From: a virus
Lineage: Duplodnaviria > Caudoviricetes
Strand: one strand, 5' to 3'
Virus record (IMG/VR): IMGVR_UViG_3300031134_000001
Span: 192,001 to 256,000 of that record
DNA: 64,000 nt
Of the stretch, positions 36,193 through 44,087 are shown piece after piece. Position 1 is the first letter of the stretch. Every line of letters begins with the position of its first letter. Both the position numbers and the translations under genes were made by a program. The notes under the pieces were generated by a model. It made no database searches. It saw only the letters and a list, made by a program, of their open reading frames with translations, and was not told the origin of the DNA.

Positions 36193-36621
36193 ATGGACAC
36201 AAGCATGATGGAGCGTGTCACTCAATTTCACGCACGCGTCGAAGCGCTGTCTGCTTTGTTTGATTGGGACGTGTTGGGCGATCTAGCTGCCGAATACATC
36301 GAGTACGTCGGTAAGATGGAAAGCATGACGGTGGATGAAGCGATCGCTGAACTCACGCGGTGGGCTGTTAAGAAGCAGGAAAAGCGGCGCTCGATAGAAC
36401 AGCGACGCTATTTCAAAATGGCGCAGCATGTAGCAGCGCAGCACCTTACTCTACCAGAAGCCTGTCACTTCATGGCCAAGCATTTCTACGTCATGCACCA
36501 TCAAGTCAAAGGAGCGCCTGAAATCATTTCGCAAGAATACAATGCGTTGTACGATCGTACGTATTCTGACGCCATCAACGCCCGCCAGGCGCGTGCTGCA
36601 AAAGATCTTTTCGGGGGGTAA
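36193..36621 (+). CDS. DLF-tail array protein 7
   Basis: Ends NARQARAAKDLFGG. Confidence 0.85.
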   Translation: MDTSMMERVTQFHARVEALSALFDWDVLGDLAAEYIEYVGKMESMTVDEAIAELTRWAVKKQEKRRSIEQRRYFKMAQHVAAQHLTLPEACHFMAKHFYVMHHQVKGAPEIISQEYNALYDRTYSDAINARQARAAKDLFGG

Positions 36622-36624
36622 GTA

Positions 36625-37404
36625 ATGTTTCAATACGAACAACCTGCGCAATTAAGCGGCGTTAGCCGAATCGTGTCGGACTCGGATTATGGTAACGAAT
36701 GCGTAATGCGTGTGGAGCATGGCGCCGAAGTACGTTTCCCACCTTACCCAATCTCTTGCGGCTACGTGCGTGTGGTAAAGAACGGCAATGAGATCGGCTA
36801 CTGGGATGCACAAGAATGGATGGAGGCGCCGGAAGAAGTCATGGGTGCGATCATGGGCGCTGCGATGAGTGGTGATCATGCTGCACATACAGCAACTCTA
36901 TCTGAAGAAGTCGCTGGCGAAATCAAAGAAGGTTTGGCTGCACACGGCATGGTGGATGCCCAGCCATTGGCCAAACTGCGTCCTTACGAACAGATCCAAA
37001 CTCTGGCCGATGTGACGCATCAGGTGGCTGCGCATTGGGCGTACCGTGACGATCCTGATCTCGGTGTGGAAGAACGTGTCATGGGCGCAGTACACGGCGT
37101 GCTGGACGTACTGCAAAACGGCTTGATCGAACGGTTACCAGCATTTCAACTCGTACCCATCGATCCTGAAACGGACGAAGGTTGCGTGCAATGGGTGAAC
37201 CGTAATCAGAAAGATGTCGTGGCGGCAGATTGGAACTATGGCGTTCCCTTCGATTTGTCAGTACGTGCTACACCTGAGATGGGTCCTGCTGGTGCGCTTC
37301 TGGGAAAGAGCCCGCCCTCATCGCTCACTTACCGTTTCGAAGAGCACTACGAAAACATGCGTAGCCGGTTCCGTACGTCGGCGGAGGATCTTTTCGGAGG
37401 CTAG
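36625..37404 (+). CDS. DLF-tail array protein 8
   Basis: Ends RSRFRTSAEDLFGG. Confidence 0.85.
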   Translation: MFQYEQPAQLSGVSRIVSDSDYGNECVMRVEHGAEVRFPPYPISCGYVRVVKNGNEIGYWDAQEWMEAPEEVMGAIMGAAMSGDHAAHTATLSEEVAGEIKEGLAAHGMVDAQPLAKLRPYEQIQTLADVTHQVAAHWAYRDDPDLGVEERVMGAVHGVLDVLQNGLIERLPAFQLVPIDPETDEGCVQWVNRNQKDVVAADWNYGVPFDLSVRATPEMGPAGALLGKSPPSSLTYRFEEHYENMRSRFRTSAEDLFGG

Positions 37405-37965
37405 ATGTCGAAGGAAGACAGTGAGGTGTTGGGTTGGTACGCTCAGCACGTCATGACAAACAACCCAGAGTTCTTTGGCACTCCCGAGAGCTGGGACCCT
37501 AAATTAAGAAGGGGGGCTGATATGGCCAAGAAATCGTTGAGTATTAACGATGTCGGCAACGTGTACGAAATGCCGGCACTTACCAAGGAGGAAATGCTTA
37601 CCATCATCGCACAACGAGCTTATAACAGGGCGTTATTGTCGTGGGGTGAGGGCGTAACTAACGCGCGCTTGACGATCAACGATCGGGTGCTGGGGGCTGT
37701 ATACTCAACATTCGAATTGCTTCAAGAGGGCAGAGAAGGGCTGATGCCGCCAATGGAGCTGGTGCCGCATGTTAGTGAAGACATAGTGGTTCATATAGAG
37801 CGCGAAGGGCATGAAGTTGCCTGTTGCTGGCCAGAAGACCCAGTTCTCTTGGCACCAGACACGCGCGACGCCACCAGCATGACTGCGGTGTTCTCTACCG
37901 TTTACGATCGCTATAAAGACCGCTTGGCTGCGTCTGCTAGAGATCTTTTCCAAACTTACGAATAG
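37405..37965 (+). CDS. DLF-tail array protein 9
   Basis: Ends DRLAASARDLFQTYE. Confidence 0.85.
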   Translation: MSKEDSEVLGWYAQHVMTNNPEFFGTPESWDPKLRRGADMAKKSLSINDVGNVYEMPALTKEEMLTIIAQRAYNRALLSWGEGVTNARLTINDRVLGAVYSTFELLQEGREGLMPPMELVPHVSEDIVVHIEREGHEVACCWPEDPVLLAPDTRDATSMTAVFSTVYDRYKDRLAASARDLFQTYE

Positions 37966-37973
37966 GCGTTACT

Positions 37974-38843
37974 ATGCCACGTGATGAAGGGTTCTATAAC
38001 CCATCCCAACATTTCAGCCCAGCGATCCAGTATCAGCTCAACCAAGAGCAGATCAAAGAACTGATCGAAAGCACAGCCATCGCTGCAGCGCAAAAGGTAC
38101 TGCAAGCAAACGGCTACGGCAACCCTTACGAACAACCAGCAGTCGACCCGAACGCACCGCGCGCCTACACCAGGGAAGAAGTCACCGAGCAGATCCTTGA
38201 AGGCGTTGTAAGGAATGTGCGGTACTGGCAAAAGCAGCCTAACTGTGGCACGATGGAACACCGAGTCGAGGGCGTGGCGTTTTCCATTCTCTCCATGTTG
38301 GACGGCTCGACCCTGGATTTGCCAGCCTTCAATCTCTCGCCTGATCCGGCGGAAGACGACATGAACTACCATATCGAAGAAGGAGAAAATTACTACGATC
38401 CCGATACGGTGATCTCTACGTCGCTCCATGAACTGTTTCATCCAACGATGAAGCGGTTGTACCCAGATACGAAGCATCCAGAAGGCTACAGCGAACTCTC
38501 GCCAGAGGAAATGCGCGAACAGTTTACTGGCATGATATCGCGCATGGTGGATGTGGCTGGGACTTCTTCGGCCGACAAACTCGAAGCGTGTGAACGTCTG
38601 GGGCGCGATGTGTTGCTGGTACTGGACGGTAAGTACTCGCCGTACATGCCAGGCTTCATGTTGTTTGCGGCGCCCACCCAGGACTTCAATGCCCGAGAAA
38701 TCAAAGAAGGGCGTAAAGCCTGGGGCAATCATATCCCCCTGAACCGTCAGGAACCCACGTACGGCATGACCGATTCCTTGGTGGACGCGTACGACACCAT
38801 CCGCGGGCGTAGCGCTAGAGCTGCGCGTGACATGTTTAAATAA
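37974..38843 (+). CDS. DLF-tail array protein 10 (two core modules)
   Basis: Ends GRSARAARDMFK. Confidence 0.85.
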   Translation: MPRDEGFYNPSQHFSPAIQYQLNQEQIKELIESTAIAAAQKVLQANGYGNPYEQPAVDPNAPRAYTREEVTEQILEGVVRNVRYWQKQPNCGTMEHRVEGVAFSILSMLDGSTLDLPAFNLSPDPAEDDMNYHIEEGENYYDPDTVISTSLHELFHPTMKRLYPDTKHPEGYSELSPEEMREQFTGMISRMVDVAGTSSADKLEACERLGRDVLLVLDGKYSPYMPGFMLFAAPTQDFNAREIKEGRKAWGNHIPLNRQEPTYGMTDSLVDAYDTIRGRSARAARDMFK

Positions 38844-38857
38844 GAAAGGTATTTCGC

Positions 38858-39262
38858 ATGACTACTACTCCATCTGCTATTCTCCTGCCGATCAACGTGG
38901 ACGAAGACGCCATGTCGGCCAGTCCCTACCAGGGCGAACGTATCGCCTCGACCATCACCGAAGCCATTCAGTACGGCTTGGGCATCATGGATCTGCGTCA
39001 AAACGAGATCTACGAAAAGAGCCCGGCGGATGTCAAGGCCGCATGGGAAAGCCACACAGACGACTACGTCGGCAAGATGCGGGCACAAACCTTCCCAGGC
39101 GCGACGACCGAGGAGACGGAGCTCTTGCAAAAGATCACCGACATCCTGAACCTGCAACGCCGGCGTGAGCGTGAAGAATCGCATCTTAGTCACGATTCGA
39201 TCATCTTGCTGTGGCTGCAAATTAGCAGTGCAGCGCGTCAGTATCTGAAACCAAAAGCATAA
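38858..39262 (+). CDS. hypothetical protein
   Basis: AAGG RBS; last gene before the terminator. Confidence 0.75.
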   Translation: MTTTPSAILLPINVDEDAMSASPYQGERIASTITEAIQYGLGIMDLRQNEIYEKSPADVKAAWESHTDDYVGKMRAQTFPGATTEETELLQKITDILNLQRRREREESHLSHDSIILLWLQISSAARQYLKPKA

Positions 39263-39298
39263 CGCCCCCCAGCCCTTAACGGGGCTGGAGTTATGCCG
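39257..39298 (+). terminator. GCATA-hairpin-TATGCCG element
   Basis: CCAGCCC/GGGCTGG stem. Confidence 0.75.
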
Positions 39299-39354
39299 CT
39301 ATTGTTTTTTGATCCGGCAAACGTATTAGATAGACACAACCACACCTACCCACC

Positions 39355-39933
39355 ATGTCCATTGCCATCTATCGCCATTTGAAACTGTCAGTCGCTGTCC
39401 CGATCCACCGTGAACCCAACGTTGTACAGCTGTCACGCCGCAAGGTACATGATTTTTGTCTGGACCAAGATGCTGAAGGCGGTTGGGTAGGGTCGATTGA
39501 ATTTAGTACCATAGCACGCCGCTTGGCTCGACTTAACGTCTACAAACAACTGTGGCAAATCAAAAACGGTCAGCTGTTGATCACCCACCGCACTTACTGC
39601 AACGGCTCTTTGCGTTCGGTTACGACACCGGCTTTAATCGCACCAGCCTTAACCACGGTCTGGACATTAAACAACGACGTGGCCTCGATCAGCAAACAGT
39701 TCGCTGAGGAACAAATCACCAGTCGTGTTGCAATCGAGCGTTATCTGCATGACCATACGCCGAATCCATTTGACTTTAAGATTATCGTCATGGACTTTGA
39801 TCCTAACAAACAACTCATGGGTCGACCTTATTACACCACGTACTTGGTTCGCACTCGCGATAAAGTTGAAAGGATGGCGACCTTTGACCACAGTGAGGAT
39901 TCTAACGCATGGGCAAAACTATTTCTAACGTAG
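39355..39933 (+). CDS. hypothetical protein
   Basis: 192 aa ORF. Confidence 0.7.
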   Translation: MSIAIYRHLKLSVAVPIHREPNVVQLSRRKVHDFCLDQDAEGGWVGSIEFSTIARRLARLNVYKQLWQIKNGQLLITHRTYCNGSLRSVTTPALIAPALTTVWTLNNDVASISKQFAEEQITSRVAIERYLHDHTPNPFDFKIIVMDFDPNKQLMGRPYYTTYLVRTRDKVERMATFDHSEDSNAWAKLFLT

Positions 39934-40331
39934 TTGAAAACTTGCTGGTCATGGATATTGGCGACATTCTCGATGACTTGCAAAAAGAGTTACAACGCAT
40001 CGGCATTCGCTCTGTGTGTGAAGATTGGCACAAAGGTCCCATTGAATCGTTCCTCTACGAGATCTTCACCGAGGTTGGGTACTTGCCCGATGGCGAACGC
40101 CGAGTAGCGTATAACGTCACTGACGTGTTAGATACGAGCGGCCAGTACTTTGATCGCGGCGACATGTGCTCATACGAACGCATTCAGTGGATGATCACCG
40201 TCCAGCGCTTAATCAACCGGTTCGTGGAATACCGTTTGTACGGCAAAGACCACGTGCACGTCTACGACTTCTTCGCTTACGAGAACAACACGCTTTACTT
40301 ACAACATCACGCAGACAATCATGGCGACTAA
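39909..40331 (+). CDS. hypothetical protein, LY-x-x-x-G paralog family
   Basis: VEYRLYGKDHVHVYDF. Confidence 0.75.
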   Translation: MGKTISNVVENLLVMDIGDILDDLQKELQRIGIRSVCEDWHKGPIESFLYEIFTEVGYLPDGERRVAYNVTDVLDTSGQYFDRGDMCSYERIQWMITVQRLINRFVEYRLYGKDHVHVYDFFAYENNTLYLQHHADNHGD

Positions 40332-40770
40332 CCAACAACAATACACCATCGACATTTACGAAGCCGTGGAGCGCTTTAACGGTTACCATCAAGCGTATGC
40401 TAACCTCGCAGTACCGGCGGCGCTACACCGCGAATACATCGACATGCTCATCGAGCAAATGATCGCGCACTTTGAAGTCGAGCGCACCGCAGTGCAGATG
40501 TTTGTCGGTCACTACACCCAGCTCATCACCGACCACTCCATCTCCCCACGCTTCAAATACCATCCGCTGAACTTCCTGCGGCAGATGGATAACGAGGGCT
40601 ACCGCAACTATATCTACTGCCTGTACGGTTTTGCTGAAGACATGTTCAAGATCTTCCAGGCGCATCAGTTCTACAATAGCCGCGGTATTTTGCTCGCTAG
40701 CTTTCAGCATATCAACGGGAACAATCTGTATCTCGTTGTCAGACCGGAGGTACCTGATGTCTTCCATTAA
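40321..40770 (+). CDS. hypothetical protein, LY-x-x-x-G paralog family
   Basis: QAHQFYNSRGILLASF. Confidence 0.8.
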   Translation: MATNQQQYTIDIYEAVERFNGYHQAYANLAVPAALHREYIDMLIEQMIAHFEVERTAVQMFVGHYTQLITDHSISPRFKYHPLNFLRQMDNEGYRNYIYCLYGFAEDMFKIFQAHQFYNSRGILLASFQHINGNNLYLVVRPEVPDVFH

Positions 40771-41257
40771 CGACAAAACTAGCTTTGCACCAGAGCCTCT
40801 GTATCCAGGAGATTACTACCTGGTCGATTGCGCCGAACCTATCAGTCGCTTCATGCAAACGCCGTACAACGTACGCATGCACATGGCGTCTGATTCAGAA
40901 GAGATGACTGAGTACGACATGGTTGATGTGGAGCTCACTGAACTGGTGGATGCTCTGGTGATGCGTAACCCAGTGGACCATCTGGACAACCACGCGGACC
41001 AGCTGTTAGAAGAAGGTACGAACGTTCTGCGTGAAGAAGCCATCATGCAAGGCATTCACAAAGAAGGTCAGGTCTATACCAACACACCAGTACAAACCCA
41101 ACACGCTGATGCTGTACTACAGCTCGGGTTTGATTTGTCACGACTCTTAAAGCAGTACGGGTTCTATCATGCAACGGGAATGTTGGCAGTAAAGTACCAT
41201 CAGTTACTGCCCAATGGATTGGTCGTATTTAGAAAAGAACCCACGCCGTATTACTAA
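40757..41257 (+). CDS. hypothetical protein, LY-x-x-x-G paralog family
   Basis: GGAGG RBS; KQYGFYHATGMLAVKY. Confidence 0.8.
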   Translation: MSSINDKTSFAPEPLYPGDYYLVDCAEPISRFMQTPYNVRMHMASDSEEMTEYDMVDVELTELVDALVMRNPVDHLDNHADQLLEEGTNVLREEAIMQGIHKEGQVYTNTPVQTQHADAVLQLGFDLSRLLKQYGFYHATGMLAVKYHQLLPNGLVVFRKEPTPYY

Positions 41258-41289
41258 ATACCACCATCTTATGTAAACAATGTTCCCCT

Positions 41290-41640
41290 AGCGTGACTTA
41301 CCGTGTAGCGTTAAGGTTAAAATGTGTCACCAGGCCCCAGCAGAGCCAACTTCGGGATAAACTCACTCAGTCGAATGAGGTTGGGGCGAAACAGGTGGTA
41401 AACGGTACGGGCCTTCTTCACAGAGCCAAGCTGTCATTAGGAATTTTCGGTCGAGCGCTGACGCGCGATTATTCGAGTGTGCAACGGCAACCCAGATTGG
41501 ATGATAGTCCTTCGTACTGCGAAGTCACGTTATCTAGTAAGGGTTGTCGGTGCGTAGGTTTCATGTGCCTACAAACTTCTTCGCGGCGCAGGTGCCGGGG
41601 TAGAGTTTTGCGACATGATGCTGTTTTCCTAAGTTTTTCT
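41290..41640 (+). ncRNA. candidate large structured ncRNA (copy B)
   Basis: Intergenic ~480 nt; helices GCCCCAGC/GTTGGGGC and CGGCAACCC/GGGTTGTCG; 8-bp long-range CGTGACTT/AAGTCACG pairing. Confidence 0.55.
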
Positions 41641-41643
41641 TTA

Positions 41644-41681
41644 GCACAGGAGCCTTCGGGTTCCTGTGTCTTTTTATGCCG
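41644..41681 (+). terminator. hairpin-TATGCCG element
   Basis: CACAGGAGCC-TTCG-GGTTCCTGTG then TCTTTTTATGCCG. Confidence 0.8.
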
Positions 41682-41743
41682 TCAATTCTTTTTTTGGTTA
41701 ATTCTTATGAGTCAACCCCTCGATAACCCTTACAGAGAACACC

Positions 41744-43186
41744 ATGCGAAAGTTTTCCTACGCAGCGCCTGTCGTAAAACTTCAACTGTCAGCTGAAGAA
41801 GAAGCCATTCAAATTGACGAAAGCAATCAGTCGGCACATGAGCTCGAACAAACCAGTGCAGACATCGACCGTCTCGGCGATATCGTCGTTACCGTCAACG
41901 AAGTGCAAACTGTCGTTAGTAATACACCAGAGATTCAACCGATCGATGCAGCGCTTACTGGCGCCGTTGGTGAAATGGCTGTAGCTGGCACCGATATCGC
42001 ACCTGACGATATCATCGAAGAGATGCTTCCCAGTGAAAATGTGAGCACTGAAAGCTTTGTGGCTGCTGCCAAAGAAAAGCTCGCCGCAATGTGGAAAGCC
42101 ATCAAAGAGTTCTTCGCTAAGATGTGGAAGCATGTCAAAGATTTCTTTGGCGTCGGTAAAAAGAAAGCCGAGAAGCTCGAAGAAAAGCAAAAGAAAACGG
42201 ACGAAAGCTACGCTCATTTGAAAGGCTTAGGCATTCATAACGAAAATGACTACAATGCCTTTGTGCGTGAAGTCGAAAAAGCAATAGACGCAGACGCTAA
42301 AAAAGCGGACAAGATTCCCACGTTCCATTTCTACAATCAAAATTCGAAGTTGTGTTTGGGCGATTCCACAAAACCACTTCCACCCCGCCAGTTGGTCGTT
42401 GAGTTGCAACATCTGCTCAAAGAAGGCGAACACATGTACAAGTCGTTTTGCGATGGCGTACTAAAGTTGCTCGACTACCTCGCCAACACTGTCGAACAAT
42501 GTTTGAAAGACCCAGAGCGCGCGGGTGATACGTATAAAGACATGCGTGAAGGCTATCAAAAGATTGCCGATAAGCTGTTCCTTGATCTGAAATTCCATAA
42601 CGGCACCACGCCTGGTCCGTTGCTGGGTGACCTTCATTTGGCAGTAATGAGTTATACACCGGGTGAAGAAAGAGGCACCATGTGGTCGCCGCGTATTCAC
42701 CTACCATTTACGATGGGAGGCGGCGCCGATGAAATTCAAGAACCGGTAATGTTATCGGATGGCGTCAAGTTAAGCGAGAATGTCCATGCCTGGATCAGGT
42801 TGACTAAAGGATTCTTCGGTCAAGAAATGGTCGAGAAGATCCAGCAGAAAAGCCAAAAGGTCGAAAGCCTTATCGAGCAGCTCATTAAGCATCGGCCAAC
42901 CGACGCCGAACTGCGTGGGGAGCACGTAGGCAAAGATGAAGACCCAATCGTCAAATATGCCGCAGGCGTGAGTAAGTTTGGGATCGATATAGCAATCGAG
43001 CGGCTGGCTTATGAATCTAAAGAGTTGGTCACTATGGGTGTGACGGCCGCTGTGAAACTGCCACAACGGATTCATCAGATCTTTGAAGTGGCAGCTGATT
43101 ACGCTGAAGCGTCGTCGATGTATCTGTTGAAGCACGGTATCGTTGGTGACGCTGCTGAAGCTGATTTTCAAAACAAATTGAAATAA
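41744..43186 (+). CDS. inner head protein, phiKZ gp93/95/97-like paralog family
   Basis: Acidic propeptide ending VSTES (S-x-E protease site) followed by the helix AAMWKAIKEFFAKMWKHVKDFF. Confidence 0.7.
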   Translation: MRKFSYAAPVVKLQLSAEEEAIQIDESNQSAHELEQTSADIDRLGDIVVTVNEVQTVVSNTPEIQPIDAALTGAVGEMAVAGTDIAPDDIIEEMLPSENVSTESFVAAAKEKLAAMWKAIKEFFAKMWKHVKDFFGVGKKKAEKLEEKQKKTDESYAHLKGLGIHNENDYNAFVREVEKAIDADAKKADKIPTFHFYNQNSKLCLGDSTKPLPPRQLVVELQHLLKEGEHMYKSFCDGVLKLLDYLANTVEQCLKDPERAGDTYKDMREGYQKIADKLFLDLKFHNGTTPGPLLGDLHLAVMSYTPGEERGTMWSPRIHLPFTMGGGADEIQEPVMLSDGVKLSENVHAWIRLTKGFFGQEMVEKIQQKSQKVESLIEQLIKHRPTDAELRGEHVGKDEDPIVKYAAGVSKFGIDIAIERLAYESKELVTMGVTAAVKLPQRIHQIFEVAADYAEASSMYLLKHGIVGDAAEADFQNKLK

Positions 43187-43188
43187 CA

Positions 43189-43231
43189 GCATAACTCCCT
43201 CTACCCCAACGGGTAGAGGGAGGCTATGACG
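43189..43231. terminator. bidirectional terminator between convergent genes
   Basis: CTCCCTCTACCC/GGGTAGAGGGAG flanked by GCATA and TATGACG. Confidence 0.8.
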
Positions 43232-43232
43232 T

Positions 43233-43589
43233 CTATTTCTTTTTTGCCCATTTCGGCAAAGGTACGGTCTTACCAGCTAACCCGTGTGGGCTATCGGAAC
43301 AGAAGTCGATCTTCCCATCCCGGATAAAGTAATGGCATCGGGTGTAATGTACCGGACGAATCTCTTCGTAGGCATTACGCGGCTCACTACTTTGAATACG
43401 CATGGACGGATTGAACGTGGGTTCGAGGTAGTTGTAATTAAACGTCCACAAGTTCCCTGCATCTCCCGTCACGTATTGGTGAGGTTCCTCACAAGCAGGA
43501 CACCAGTGATAGTAATACCATCGCCGATCGTCCACATTAAAGAAGCGGCGCAGGTAAGGACCGGCCTGCTCCATTTCATCGTAACGCAT
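43233..43589 (-). CDS. DUF6527-like Cys/His metal-binding protein
   Basis: CPACEEPH...WTFN...PTFNPS...CHYFIRDGKI.FCSD..H.LAGKTV.LP. Confidence 0.6.
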   Translation of the reverse strand: MRYDEMEQAGPYLRRFFNVDDRRWYYYHWCPACEEPHQYVTGDAGNLWTFNYNYLEPTFNPSMRIQSSEPRNAYEEIRPVHYTRCHYFIRDGKIDFCSDSPHGLAGKTVPLPKWAKKK

Positions 43590-43595
43590 TTCTTT

Positions 43596-44084
43596 TCACC
43601 ATTGCAAATAAACTGGTTGACTTTCTAGGCCCAGACTCAGTTTCTCTTTCAAGTACCAATGCCCAGGCTCGTTGTTCCATGATGGCTTAGGACGACCACG
43701 CACAAAGCCCAAACTCGTAAAGAGGTTAATGGACTTGGTGTTGGCGTCTTCAATCCACGATAGACACGGCGTGTGGTTGGCGAAGAAGGTTTTAAGGACC
43801 GACTTCATGATACCGCGCCCCTCATACTGCGGTAGCAGAAACAAGGTACCGGCACGCCAATACTCTTTCCCATACAGCTTACGCTGGACAGGTGTATGAA
43901 ACCCCACAGGCATGTCATGCGGGCCATACAGAATCACCACACACCGCGGTTTCTTTGGGATGACTTCCGTTTCATCACCCCCCAAGAACTTGCTCTTTTC
44001 AGCTGCGCGTAACACAGCTTGAAAGCACAAGGCTTGCTTGGGGGAGAGTTGGTCTAAGTCTAACGTTTTAACGACGTCTACCAT
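43596..44084 (-). CDS. GNAT-family acetyltransferase
   Basis: LLPQYEGRGIMK acetyl-CoA motif and NTKSINLFTSLGF. Confidence 0.8.
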   Translation of the reverse strand: MVDVVKTLDLDQLSPKQALCFQAVLRAAEKSKFLGGDETEVIPKKPRCVVILYGPHDMPVGFHTPVQRKLYGKEYWRAGTLFLLPQYEGRGIMKSVLKTFFANHTPCLSWIEDANTKSINLFTSLGFVRGRPKPSWNNEPGHWYLKEKLSLGLESQPVYLQW

Positions 44085-44087
44085 ACA

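Noticed and set aside
31726-38843. CRISPR-like or DNA tandem repeat array
   Set aside because: The repeats are conserved only as peptide, are irregularly spaced and lie within coding frames; no CRISPR array was seen anywhere in the window.
41293-41796. 167-aa ORF across ncRNA B
   Set aside because: No RBS, atypical composition, crosses a strong terminator and overlaps the next gene.
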